Below are positions 8,213-18,742 of a stretch of DNA of 37,137 bases, one piece after another. The stretch's first letter is position 1. The number at the start of each line of letters is the position of its first letter. The notes beneath the pieces were generated by a model. It did no database searches. It worked only from the letters and a program-made list of their open reading frames with translations, and was not told the origin of the DNA. The position numbers and the translations under genes are program-made. The stretch is from Promethearchaeota archaeon (GTDB taxonomy: Archaea; Asgardarchaeota; Lokiarchaeia; Sigyniarchaeales; SOKP01): positions 1-37,137 of the forward strand of contig RDOE01000032.1 of the NCBI GenBank assembly GCA_011364975.1, read 5' to 3'.

Positions 8213-11200
8213 TTGGGAGCTAAAAGCAATGATTTAGTAAAAAAGGAAAATTTGTCAAAATACCAAAAAATAAATGGATATTTATCTATTTTATTTGAAA
8301 TTATTATTATTCTGTTTTCTTTCTTTATTGGATTCCCTATAATCATTATACTTTCTTTTCCAATATTTGTGCTTCTAACAATTTATGAACAGAAAGTGGA
8401 TATTTGTCCAAGAGAATATAGTAGATTCATCTATCTAATTAATGTTCTTGGATTTTTAGGGTATATATGTTTTTGGCTTTTACCATTACTCATTCCAAAC
8501 ATCCTTTTTACAATACCCTTTATCGTATTCTTATTGTTATTTTATCTTTCCATGCAAATCTTTGCCCATAATGGATATTTTGATAAAAATAATGTTTTAA
8601 TATTTCAACATATTCTTGCGGTGGGAATGTTTATTACAATTATCTATTCCTTCTTCGATATTATCTCAACAGGATATATCAATTTTTCTGCTGAGACCGA
8701 GATTATAATTTTTGCAAACGTATTATTGCACATAATAATTAATCTTATAGTTCTTCTGATTTCCTTTTATTATTTATATGCAAGATATTTCCGTAATTTT
8801 CCTTGGAAAAATTTTAATCGGGCTATAATTACAAATATGTTATTAATCGAAATAACTGCATATATTTTAATTAATTTCAAGAATTTCTTTACTATAAATA
8901 TCCAAATGTTTCTGAATAACTTTCTCGTTTCTCTACTTGTATTTCCACTATTGTTCATTCTTTTTATTTTTCTAAATTATGTAATTGGTGCTTTTAGTAG
9001 GGATTTTAGTTTAAAGTATTGCTATTACTCTTGTTGGGTTATTTTACTAGTATCTGCTGCCTCAATCTTCTATATCTTTTTTGGAGATTTTGTAATTATA
9101 ATAGCTAATTTCTTGTATATTTCAATAGCTATACAAGTTTTATCGATGTTCGCATTAAAAATTAATAAAATTCAAGAAAAAACATTTCAGAAAATAAAGA
9201 ATTACACTGCTTATTCCATCTGGATCGAAATCTTTGTATTGTCTTTCTCTTTGTTTTTTAATGTACTTGAAGCTCTGATTATAAATCTAATTAGCAGGTC
9301 AATCCTTTCGGTGTATTTAGCCTTTTTGATCATAACAGCATTTAATATGATTGTAAATAAAACAGGCATTATCCCAGTTTCTTTACGAATTATAACAATA
9401 GACTTTGCCTTGTTTTATACAACATTTATAATTTTTTATTTCTCTCTTCTGTTAAACTTTAACACTTTTTTGGTATTTAATGTTCCAGCTTTATTATCTA
9501 GTTTATGGCTCTATCTACCCTTATTTAGGTTGAAAAGACGGGCTTCAAATCAAGGTTTAATAAAAAAGATAATTCAATTAAATGTAATTATTACATCGAT
9601 TACTTTACTTCTTATTCCTTTAATTTCTCATTTACAATTACAACTTCCTTTATCTGATTTCACACTTCTAAACTTAGTAAACTTTACATTATACATTTTC
9701 TATGGAATACTGACAGGGTTGCACATATTATCTCGCAGGCTTAATTTTAGGGAAGCTAGAAAAATTTTGATCTTAAAGGTTCAAATTGTTATTGAAATTG
9801 TCATAACAGGGACTACGGTGTTTTACTATTCTTTTGTTTTATTATTTGGTACCTACTTATCTTTCGTGTTACCTTTACTCTTTTCTTCACTCTTTCTATT
9901 TTTACCTGCTTTCTTTTCATACAAAAGGAATTTTTTCAATGCTAAAATACTAAAAAACATTATTATTTTGAACAGTATAGTACTTTGGGGCTGTATTATT
10001 TCCATTCCCTTTATGATAGGGTTTGATATATTTGGAATTGAAGTATTAATTTCTGAAATAGCAACAAATTTAATTATTGTAATTTTAATTTCATTTTTTC
10101 TGTTATTTAGTGCCTTAAAATATTTTGATAATCTTTCTAAATACCTAAAATTAAAGGATAATCTTATCATACGTTTAAAGATTACAGAAATTATTATATG
10201 GTTATCAATTTGCGTTTTAGTTAGTTATGGATTATATAACTTATTCTCGTTTGTTTCTACTGAGTGGCAATATATTTTAATATTGAGTGGTTCTTTCCTA
10301 CTTTTTTTCATAATTGATTTAGTAAATCTTCGATTACTTGAAGATCTGAAGCAAACTGTATTTGAAAGTGAAATTAGCAAGATTGATTATTATAAAATCT
10401 ATAAAATCTATGAATTTAACAAAAATTTAATTATATTTGGAATTTCATTCTCACTCTCTTTTCTTTTAACAACTTTCATTCAAATAATAAATATTCCAGG
10501 ATTATTATCGATAGAAAGTTTTCAATACTTTGATCTGTTATTTAATTTTTCTTTTTTCTTCCTCTTTGTATTGGGATTGATCAATCTTTTTGAAAAACTA
10601 GTTAAAATCGAATATGAAAGATTTAAAGAAATTCTTGAATTAATCGCTTGGTTATGCTTAAAAAGCTTAGTTTTAATAATATTTGCTTTATATCCATTTC
10701 ATATCTTATTTTACAACAGAATATTGTTAATTATTCTAATATTTTCGGTACTTAGTCCAATCACTCTTACCTATTTAAAAACAAAATTCTTGATTTTTGA
10801 AGAAACTCAATTGTTAATAAAAAAATGTATTGGATTAGTATTTTTTCTCTCCATAGTAAGCGCTTATGCAGAGATTTTATTGGATTATACTGGAATTGTG
10901 CCATTTTTTATAACAAATAATGATATATTAAGTATATATATTCTTTGTAAAGTTATCTTATTTGTATACTTCTATTTCTCGAGATTTAATGCTTTTTTTG
11001 AAAAAGATTCAGGTTTTCGTATTTATCGGTTAATGCTTTATTCGGTGATATTTTTAGGATTTTTTTCATTATTTTCACCTTTATTATCGTTGATTGGAAT
11101 AATATTGATCTTAATTAAACGAGCGAAGAATTATTTTCTCCGGTTTTTAAGTTATTTTTTAATTAGTATTACCTTATACATTGATATTCTCGGATTTACA

Positions 11201-14200
11201 GGATTTAGTTTATCTATAGCAAACATTAATTTACAAATTACAATCTATTTAGGGATATTTATCTCAACATTAATTCTTTCTATTTGTTCAAATCTCAAAA
11301 AAATTAATAATCTAGAAGAATTTTCGCTTTTTGTCTGTCTTTCTACCATCTCCTTCTTACTATTATATCCGATTATTCCATTACTTTATAATATCACTGT
11401 TTCGCTATTTATATACTTAAGCTTAATGGGCGTCTTTTATTATAATAAAAAGGATAAGAGATACAGATGGTTTGTTAAACCATGCATCCTTTTAGCAGTA
11501 TTTGACTTTATTAGTTTTATATCCTACACAATACTTTTTACTATTACTCCTTTTTTGGAATTTAATCAAATATTAACATTCACTTTAACAATATTTATCA
11601 CAGGTTTTCTCTTTGTTTTTCTTTATAATGATTCTCCACGTTTATTTAGAAAAAGTAGCTACTATATAATTCTAACTTTAAACACATTTTCTCTTCCAAT
11701 ATTTATATATTTCTTATTAATAGCCGCCTTTTCATTACCAATTTTTGATATAACTGTCTTCACAATTGCCATCAATATAGCTATTCTTCTTTTCTATTTT
11801 TCTATCGCTATTTATCAATGGAACATTTCATGGGCAATATGGAGCATTGGTTATAGAATTTGGATATTATTACCTATAGCAAATTATATGTTAATCAGTA
11901 AGGCTTTTACAGGCATTGATGTGTTTACTAATGCGCTTGACTTCTTTGGACTTAATATTTATGGTTCAAATATTATTGCATTTGTAATTTGTTTGTTAAT
12001 GTCATTACCCTTTTGGTACACCTGGATTAAGAAGAATTTTAATACAGTGCTGTTTATCGTATGGGGTTTAAGTTTAATTTTAATTTATTGGTTCAGCCAA
12101 AATGCATTTTTAAATGATATTTTTCTATTCATTTTATCATTTTTTGGAATCTCACTAATTTTTCTTATTCCCATTTTAATAAGAATGAAGATTTGGAGCA
12201 TTGGGTCTATATTATGGACCTTTTTTTCAACAATAATGCTGATTTTTCTCTTTAATTTCCTAAATGCCCATGGTCTGTTAATTCAATTGAATATTTCGGT
12301 GATTCTTATTGTTGGGGGAATTTTATTTATTATTTTATCATTTTTCCCTAGTCTAAGGGCCCAAAAAAACATTATTTTATTAATTTCTTTTATAATTTCA
12401 ATTAGTGGTGTATTTCTAATAATATTTAATATAATATATTTAATAACCTTCGAATTTTGGATTTCACTGTTTATATCTCTGATTATAATGTCTTTTAGTC
12501 TTTATTCATCAAGATTGTTAAAATTAAACAAAAGTTTCTTTAATACCTTAATTTCTAGTATCTTGATTATTAGTTTTACTGGTTTGACTTTCTTTACTTT
12601 AAATTTAATTCCCAACTTAGAGCTCCTTTCCTTTTATTTAGCTTTAACCGTTTGTGGAGCATCTTTTTTTGTATTTAATTACTATCGTCTCTTTGTTCCA
12701 GCAAAAAGAATAGTTCCGTTAACTATTTTATCTGTTGGCCTTTCACTTTCCGCTTCAACAATATGGTTGATGGTATTTCCTTCATCTTTATTTGTTATGC
12801 TTGCTATTTTTCTAGCTATTAATTTATTTTTCTTTAAGTTTGCGTTAATAAACCGAAGGTATATATTATGGTATTTAAGTCCAATTCCGATAACGCTTCT
12901 AATTTTAGAGCCTTTATCTTTTATTGAACTCTTTCAGTCATTATTATTATTTATTATTATGGGTTTGATGACGTATACTATTATTTTTCAGATATTAATA
13001 AACCTGTCTAGTAAAACTACAAAAGAAAGAATGCAGATTAAGTTAGTTAATTTAGTCTGTTTTCTTCTCATATCTACATATTTTTCTTTTTTGATTACCG
13101 CAATAAGTCCTATCTTATTAATATATCAAATTTTTGAGTTTTTAATTATCTGGTCAATCTTAGTATTATTTAGTACAAATTATCTTAAAAAATCACAAAT
13201 TACTTTTGACCTTGAAAATTTTGAGGTAAATTTAAAAAGATTTATCTCAATTGTTTCTATTTTGTTATATTTCGAAATATTTTCTCTTACTTTGGGGCTT
13301 TTGATTAATTATAGCCTATTAACTACCCTGGAAATTATTATAATCTCTTTTAGTTCCCTATTCCTCCTCACTGGGTTCGATTTAGCGATCTTAAGAAATG
13401 TCAATAAGAAATATTGTTTCCCTATTAATTATTCAACCTATTTGTTAATTTCTATACTATTGTTCATTTATTTAATACAATATGTTACCGATACATTTGA
13501 ATTTCTATTTTTGGATATAATTATTCTGTTAATTATGCAATATTATTCAATACTAGCGATTTTTTCTCATTTAAAGAGGTTAGATCGATATGAGATTACA
13601 ACATTAAATATTAGGCGTAAAGGATTGTTAAGTCTCTTAACAAACTCTATCTTTATAATAATAGGGTTGTATATATCCTCATTTTTGACAACTCTACTTA
13701 CCAACTTAAATCCGGCATTAGAAGGTTTTCCATCAACTTCATTTTTTATTATGGTTCTATCGTTTTTCATGTTCGTTTTAAATAATCTCCTTAAATATAA
13801 GTCAAAGAATTCAATATTATGGGGGATTTTTATAGTGTTACAATGCTCACTATCTACATTTTACCTAAGCTTATTAGCATTTTTCAATTATTTCAACATC
13901 TTTAGTATAATACTTCTCTTTCTCATTAACACTTTAATGAGCTTTTATACATTTTACATCCTCTCAAAGATTTACAAAGCACGAATAAATAAGGATACAA
14001 TTCGTAAAATCTATTCATTATTAATCATAATCTCATATTTAGAAATTTCCTTCACATTCTACGGACTTGCTAATCTTATATTTGATTATAGAGAAAGCTT
14101 CTTAATTTCTCAACTTGCTTTACTTTCCATTACTTTAGTGGAATTAAGCGTTGTGAAAAGAATCAGGAGGAAGTATATTCTAATTCTCCATACACTCAGT

Positions 14201-15787
14201 TATTTTAATGTTTCCATATCACTTTTCATGTTTTTGTTAATTCTTTCGGCCTACAATATGTCCTTACTAACGTTCTCAGTCGTCCTCTTTTGTCTAATGC
14301 AGTTCTATACAAATATCTCTTATTATAACACTAGAAAAGAATTCAATTTAGAGAAAGAAGAGAGTTTTCTTAGGTGGAAATTAATTAGGAAAAATTTGAT
14401 TGGGGGAATTTTTTATATTACTATAATCGGGTATATATGGCAAGTTCTATTTTTAGCAGGTTACGAAATTCTTTTAATGCTATTTCTTTTAATTATTCTC
14501 ATTCATGTATTAGCCATAATTGATAGGGTGGTTTTAAAATTTATTGGAAGGTTTTCTGTACACCTGATGAATTTTTCTTGGTTATTTTTAGTAGGTTTTT
14601 CATTGTTTTACTATTCAAGTTGGATTATAACATATTCTTTTTATGTTATTCCTGTGATTATCCTTCTTATTATCATAGAATTATCATATGGATATATGGT
14701 CAAATTAACGGATATATGGGCATCATTTAAAAATAATCGAAGGAAATTCAGAAATTTTTTGGTAATTATAACCTATTTTAACTTTATATCCTGGCCAATC
14801 TACTTTTTAAGCTTAGAGCCAATGATTTTTTGGGGATCCATATTACTTTCTTTGGGAATTGGATTAACTTTTACATTGATTGATAAAAGTATTAGAGCTT
14901 TTAATGAAGATTTTAGAGCGAGGTTATTTAAACTTTTATTTAGTAGCTTTGGAATCATTTTTTCTGTCGATGTTTATTTCCTTTTAGATGGATTAACTGC
15001 AAATAACTTCTTTTTTAATATTTCAGTCTCATTATTTACATTCGTTATATTTATAGGTATTCTTATTAATCCTTTCAAAAGAAATAGGTTATTATCATTC
15101 CTATATTGGACCATAACATTTTTTCTACTTAGTAGTATTTCATATAATGCCTATTTTACCGGGATAAGCTGGGCAATATTAATTATCGGTTTATTATTAT
15201 ATCCATTTATTTTTATGTTAGAAGAATTGAAACTCTTCTTTGAAAAATTTGTTGAAAACATTAGTATCCTTCTTAAGAAAATTGCAGCTTCTATAGGTAA
15301 ACTTATTACAGGAATATTCAATTTTCTTAAGAGGAACTATAAAGTTATACGTATATTTTTATGCGTACTTTTTGGAGTGATGGCGGGAATCCTGTTTTCT
15401 GATATTATTTTACATATCTTAAATCCCTATCACTCTTTATTGCTTGCATTTGCGATCTTTGGTCTGTTATATGGTATCCTTCCTTCAGAAAAAACTGAGG
15501 ATTATGACGAAATTTTTAAACATAAAATGACTAGATTCATAACACTCTGGGTGGGTATGACTGCATTTATTTTTCTTTTTATTTTACCTTATTTAGAGTC
15601 GGTACTATTTTCTTTTTTCCTTTTGTTGCTTTCAATTTTAGGTTTAGGAGCGATAATTTTGATCTACCTATATAGATTAGAAGAAAAAGAGCGGATCTCA
15701 ATCTTATGGCGTTTTTATACATTGATTACCTTCTTTATAATTTTAGGGATTGAAGCAGTAATTATAGTATTTTTATATATCTCTTAG
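8213..15787 (+). CDS. Giant polytopic membrane protein of unknown function (2524 aa)
   Basis: A 7.5-kb uninterrupted ORF in AT-rich DNA, composed of F/I/L-rich ~20-aa segments separated by short K/R-rich loops throughout. No recognisable enzymatic motif. Confidence 0.85.
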   Translation: MGAKSNDLVKKENLSKYQKINGYLSILFEIIIILFSFFIGFPIIIILSFPIFVLLTIYEQKVDICPREYSRFIYLINVLGFLGYICFWLLPLLIPNILFTIPFIVFLLLFYLSMQIFAHNGYFDKNNVLIFQHILAVGMFITIIYSFFDIISTGYINFSAETEIIIFANVLLHIIINLIVLLISFYYLYARYFRNFPWKNFNRAIITNMLLIEITAYILINFKNFFTINIQMFLNNFLVSLLVFPLLFILFIFLNYVIGAFSRDFSLKYCYYSCWVILLVSAASIFYIFFGDFVIIIANFLYISIAIQVLSMFALKINKIQEKTFQKIKNYTAYSIWIEIFVLSFSLFFNVLEALIINLISRSILSVYLAFLIITAFNMIVNKTGIIPVSLRIITIDFALFYTTFIIFYFSLLLNFNTFLVFNVPALLSSLWLYLPLFRLKRRASNQGLIKKIIQLNVIITSITLLLIPLISHLQLQLPLSDFTLLNLVNFTLYIFYGILTGLHILSRRLNFREARKILILKVQIVIEIVITGTTVFYYSFVLLFGTYLSFVLPLLFSSLFLFLPAFFSYKRNFFNAKILKNIIILNSIVLWGCIISIPFMIGFDIFGIEVLISEIATNLIIVILISFFLLFSALKYFDNLSKYLKLKDNLIIRLKITEIIIWLSICVLVSYGLYNLFSFVSTEWQYILILSGSFLLFFIIDLVNLRLLEDLKQTVFESEISKIDYYKIYKIYEFNKNLIIFGISFSLSFLLTTFIQIINIPGLLSIESFQYFDLLFNFSFFFLFVLGLINLFEKLVKIEYERFKEILELIAWLCLKSLVLIIFALYPFHILFYNRILLIILIFSVLSPITLTYLKTKFLIFEETQLLIKKCIGLVFFLSIVSAYAEILLDYTGIVPFFITNNDILSIYILCKVILFVYFYFSRFNAFFEKDSGFRIYRLMLYSVIFLGFFSLFSPLLSLIGIILILIKRAKNYFLRFLSYFLISITLYIDILGFTGFSLSIANINLQITIYLGIFISTLILSICSNLKKINNLEEFSLFVCLSTISFLLLYPIIPLLYNITVSLFIYLSLMGVFYYNKKDKRYRWFVKPCILLAVFDFISFISYTILFTITPFLEFNQILTFTLTIFITGFLFVFLYNDSPRLFRKSSYYIILTLNTFSLPIFIYFLLIAAFSLPIFDITVFTIAINIAILLFYFSIAIYQWNISWAIWSIGYRIWILLPIANYMLISKAFTGIDVFTNALDFFGLNIYGSNIIAFVICLLMSLPFWYTWIKKNFNTVLFIVWGLSLILIYWFSQNAFLNDIFLFILSFFGISLIFLIPILIRMKIWSIGSILWTFFSTIMLIFLFNFLNAHGLLIQLNISVILIVGGILFIILSFFPSLRAQKNIILLISFIISISGVFLIIFNIIYLITFEFWISLFISLIIMSFSLYSSRLLKLNKSFFNTLISSILIISFTGLTFFTLNLIPNLELLSFYLALTVCGASFFVFNYYRLFVPAKRIVPLTILSVGLSLSASTIWLMVFPSSLFVMLAIFLAINLFFFKFALINRRYILWYLSPIPITLLILEPLSFIELFQSLLLFIIMGLMTYTIIFQILINLSSKTTKERMQIKLVNLVCFLLISTYFSFLITAISPILLIYQIFEFLIIWSILVLFSTNYLKKSQITFDLENFEVNLKRFISIVSILLYFEIFSLTLGLLINYSLLTTLEIIIISFSSLFLLTGFDLAILRNVNKKYCFPINYSTYLLISILLFIYLIQYVTDTFEFLFLDIIILLIMQYYSILAIFSHLKRLDRYEITTLNIRRKGLLSLLTNSIFIIIGLYISSFLTTLLTNLNPALEGFPSTSFFIMVLSFFMFVLNNLLKYKSKNSILWGIFIVLQCSLSTFYLSLLAFFNYFNIFSIILLFLINTLMSFYTFYILSKIYKARINKDTIRKIYSLLIIISYLEISFTFYGLANLIFDYRESFLISQLALLSITLVELSVVKRIRRKYILILHTLSYFNVSISLFMFLLILSAYNMSLLTFSVVLFCLMQFYTNISYYNTRKEFNLEKEESFLRWKLIRKNLIGGIFYITIIGYIWQVLFLAGYEILLMLFLLIILIHVLAIIDRVVLKFIGRFSVHLMNFSWLFLVGFSLFYYSSWIITYSFYVIPVIILLIIIELSYGYMVKLTDIWASFKNNRRKFRNFLVIITYFNFISWPIYFLSLEPMIFWGSILLSLGIGLTFTLIDKSIRAFNEDFRARLFKLLFSSFGIIFSVDVYFLLDGLTANNFFFNISVSLFTFVIFIGILINPFKRNRLLSFLYWTITFFLLSSISYNAYFTGISWAILIIGLLLYPFIFMLEELKLFFEKFVENISILLKKIAASIGKLITGIFNFLKRNYKVIRIFLCVLFGVMAGILFSDIILHILNPYHSLLLAFAIFGLLYGILPSEKTEDYDEIFKHKMTRFITLWVGMTAFIFLFILPYLESVLFSFFLLLLSILGLGAIILIYLYRLEEKERISILWRFYTLITFFIILGIEAVIIVFLYIS

Positions 15788-15866
15788 ATTAAATTAAATT
15801 ACCAATTATACTGTAAAAAAAGAAACGTCTAGAATAAAGGATCTATCTGATAAAAAATCTATAGAA

Positions 15867-16037
15867 TTATACCAGATTTTCTGTTTTCCACTTTTTAATA
15901 TAATCTTTAAAATAATCTTCAGCAATTCCAATAGAATTAAATTTCTTATTATTTTTTGGTCTTACAATAATGGGGTCTTCATCCTCGGTACTTTTAAACC
16001 CTAAGGCCCAATCTAAGTATGAAATTGCTTTTGACAT
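15867..16037 (-). CDS. Small hypothetical protein (56 aa), absent from the ORF track
   Basis: ATG 16037 to TAA 15867: MSKAISYLDWALGFKSTEDEDPIIVRPKNNKKFNSIGIAEDYFKDYIKKWKTENLV. It fills an otherwise empty gap. Confidence 0.55.
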   Translation of the reverse strand: MSKAISYLDWALGFKSTEDEDPIIVRPKNNKKFNSIGIAEDYFKDYIKKWKTENLV

Positions 16038-16194
16038 AATTTAATATTAACTCACTAATAAAATAAAGATCAACGGACTGCCAATTTTCTAATACAAATA
16101 TTAGAAAAGTTAAGCTCAATTTTTTTCTCCTTAAAATTTTTAAGTCCTATTGATGAATAAAAATCATACAACTTAATTGATAAGGTTAAGAATT

Positions 16195-16740
16195 ATGGAA
16201 GAAGAAACCGACAATAAGCAAATTAATGTAAAAGATTGGATAATCCTTAGTACTACAATGATCGGTGCTGTTCTAACAATCCTTGCTCTTATATGGCAAG
16301 CCAGACCAAGTCGAGGTATTGTTACCGTTACTTTCTTATTAATGCTTTCCTTCATTTTTTTTGTTAATTCTGTATCAGCAAATTCAAGGGCAAATTTTGA
16401 ATTAAAGTTAAAGAATTTCGACATAAAGAAGGTTAATAAATTCGTTAAATTTGCAGAATACACATTTGGAATGGGATTTACCATAGTAATAATTGGGTTT
16501 TCGATCCTTGGCTATATGTATTTACTCGATTTTACCCTAGGTTCAATATATGCATTGATTTTACCCATAACATTTCTAGTTATAGCCTGGATTTTAATAT
16601 TAATCTATAACACAATAAATTATTCTGGTAAATCAGTCAAAGGATTAAGGAGTATGAAGAGAAATCTTTGGATATTGATGGAATTTATAAGTTTAATAGC
16701 AATACTTTTTGATTTCTTTATATTTGCCTTTATAATCTAA
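16195..16740 (+). CDS. Hypothetical membrane protein (about 5 TM segments)
   Basis: Hydrophobic segments in the 187-aa ORF. ATG 16195 (MEEETD) is preferred over TTG 16177. Confidence 0.75.
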   Translation: MEEETDNKQINVKDWIILSTTMIGAVLTILALIWQARPSRGIVTVTFLLMLSFIFFVNSVSANSRANFELKLKNFDIKKVNKFVKFAEYTFGMGFTIVIIGFSILGYMYLLDFTLGSIYALILPITFLVIAWILILIYNTINYSGKSVKGLRSMKRNLWILMEFISLIAILFDFFIFAFII

Positions 16741-16782
16741 AATTTTTAGTTAAAATCCTTTTTTTTCTTTTATTCTTAAAAT

Positions 16783-17781
16783 TTATTCTATTATCGAATA
16801 AACTTTTTTTGGCCTACCAATCTCACCTTTAATTTTTTCTTCTTTTATTAAACCTTGATCGGTCAAATATTCAAGGATTTCACGTAATTTAGTTCCTGCG
16901 ATACTTGATTTAATACTTAATTCGCGAGTTTTAATATCCGGTTGATGTTTAATAAGATTTAGTATATTTTGAACAGGATCGGGATTTATTTCGACTGATT
17001 TTAATAATGTTTTTGCTTCAAACATTTTTTTAACACTTTCAGCAATATTGGGCATATAAAACCCATTGAAGTGAAAGCAGGAATCCTCAATAAATAATAC
17101 TGAATTGAAGTAATAGTCAATTAAAATTACACCCTCATTAACGATTAAATCATTAAATCGCACAAATCGACAGGATTTTTCACTAATTTCGATTATTTCT
17201 ATGTTGATGTTTTTCAAAATGTCGGTTATTTGCCCAAAATAATTCTCAATTGAATCAAAATCTAATTTAGAATAATATAATTTAATTTTGATCCCTTTCA
17301 AAAAAGCTCGATACAAAGCTCTTTCCAATTTTTTCAAGACAGATGGAGGTAAGGAGGATAAAATTATTTCATTTTCGGTCTTGCCCATCAAATTATAAAT
17401 ATATTCAAGACCAATATTTATATCCGAATGATGATAAAAGGTAATATTTCTTGTACAGATTCCTTTTTCGCTTTCAATTGTCTTTAAATCTTGCTCTAAA
17501 TCATTAATTTTCTCCAAAATCTTGTTATTTTTCTTTTTTAATATTTCTGTTAGAACTATTTTGGGATTTGTCCTAAAATATGTTTTAGGTTTGCCCTCAG
17601 AGGATGTAATAAAGTTTTGTTTCTCTAACAGGTTAATATTTTCTCTTACTTGAGCATAAGAATAATCCAAATCTTCTTTAATTTTTTCAATAGTACCAAA
17701 TTGATAATTAAGCAAATAACGATATATTTTGATTTGAATATCATTTAATCCAAATTCACTTAGGAAATTCAAATTATTCAT
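16783..17781 (-). CDS. TrmB-family transcriptional regulator with a second, C-terminal wHTH
   Basis: N-terminal LSEFGL..QIKIY..LL...wHTH...GKPKTY...P typical of TrmB. A central effector-like domain is followed by a C-terminal wHTH (EILEYLTDQGLI...GRPKKVY). Confidence 0.8.
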   Translation of the reverse strand: MNNLNFLSEFGLNDIQIKIYRYLLNYQFGTIEKIKEDLDYSYAQVRENINLLEKQNFITSSEGKPKTYFRTNPKIVLTEILKKKNNKILEKINDLEQDLKTIESEKGICTRNITFYHHSDINIGLEYIYNLMGKTENEIILSSLPPSVLKKLERALYRAFLKGIKIKLYYSKLDFDSIENYFGQITDILKNINIEIIEISEKSCRFVRFNDLIVNEGVILIDYYFNSVLFIEDSCFHFNGFYMPNIAESVKKMFEAKTLLKSVEINPDPVQNILNLIKHQPDIKTRELSIKSSIAGTKLREILEYLTDQGLIKEEKIKGEIGRPKKVYSIIE

Positions 17782-17927
17782 TTTTGATAAACCATACTCT
17801 AATTATGTTAGGATAATTTGTGAGGGCTTTTTTATGTAATTAATAAATACCACATTTATAAAAGCTCACAAATGATTATATAACTCAAATCTATAAAAAC
17901 TTAATTCAAAAATAAAAGTGATAATAT

Positions 17928-18062
17928 ATGGTGGAATATTGTCGTGATTGTAAATTTTACAAACCAATAGATGATACAAAAGGAGATTGCTTCGGACATG
18001 AAGTTCCAGCAACTCTTGAAGCTAATAAATGTCCCGCAAATGCTTTCCAACCAAGAACTTAG
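17928..18062 (+). CDS. Small four-cysteine protein (44 aa), putative Fe-S or Zn binding; absent from the ORF track
   Basis: MVEYCRDCKFYKPIDDTKGDCFGHEVPATLEANKCPANAFQPRT*. GTGA SD-like sequence lies just upstream, and the stop is followed by the SD of the next gene. Confidence 0.75.
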   Translation: MVEYCRDCKFYKPIDDTKGDCFGHEVPATLEANKCPANAFQPRT

Positions 18063-18075
18063 AAGGAGAATAAGA

Positions 18076-18699
18076 ATGCCAGCAAAAGTAGATTTTAAAA
18101 AAAAGTTAAGAGAGCTCTATCAACCAGATTCAAAAAAAGTTGTTATCGTTGAGATTCCTGAGATGCAATTTCTTATGATTGATGGCATTGGTTCTCCAGG
18201 TGGTTCTAAAATTTATCAAGAAGCTCTCGCTGCATTGTTTCCTGTGGCGTTTAAAACTAAATTTCTAAGTAAGAGTAAAGGCAAGGATTATGTAGTTCCA
18301 CCCTTAGAGGGGTTATGGTGGGCTGATGATATGAATGATTTTACAGAAGGAAATCGTGATAAATGGAAATGGAGCATGATGATAATGCAACCAGACTGGA
18401 TTACCAAAGATATGATTAGCGAATCAATAAATCTTACAAAAACAAAACATCCGGAAATATCAAATGTTCTTACTAAACTTAGATTAGAAAAATACCAAGA
18501 AGGAAAGGTTGCTCAAATCATGCATATTGGTCCATATTCAGAGGAAGGTCCTACCATTAAGAAATTGCATGATTTTATAAAGGATAAAGGGGGGATATTT
18601 GATGGCCATCAACAAAAGCATCATGAGATTTATCTTAGTGATCCAAGGAAAGCTAATCCAACTACTATGAAGACAATTATAAGACAACCTTATATCTAA
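18076..18699 (+). CDS. GyrI-like small-molecule-binding domain protein
   Basis: KVDFKK..ELY, DYVVPPLEGLWW, QIMHIGPYSEE, HHEIYLSDPRK, KTIIRQP. Start revised to ATG 18076 (AAGGAG upstream) from 17971. Confidence 0.88.
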   Translation: MPAKVDFKKKLRELYQPDSKKVVIVEIPEMQFLMIDGIGSPGGSKIYQEALAALFPVAFKTKFLSKSKGKDYVVPPLEGLWWADDMNDFTEGNRDKWKWSMMIMQPDWITKDMISESINLTKTKHPEISNVLTKLRLEKYQEGKVAQIMHIGPYSEEGPTIKKLHDFIKDKGGIFDGHQQKHHEIYLSDPRKANPTTMKTIIRQPYI

Positions 18700-18742
18700 A
18701 TTTATTATACTTTTTTTTAATTATTCCCTAAACTAAAACTAT

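Noticed and set aside
17971-18075. N-terminal 35 aa of the 242-aa ORF call
   Set aside because: This is an out-of-frame reading of the 44-aa Cys protein; the GyrI-like family sequence and an SD fit ATG 18076.
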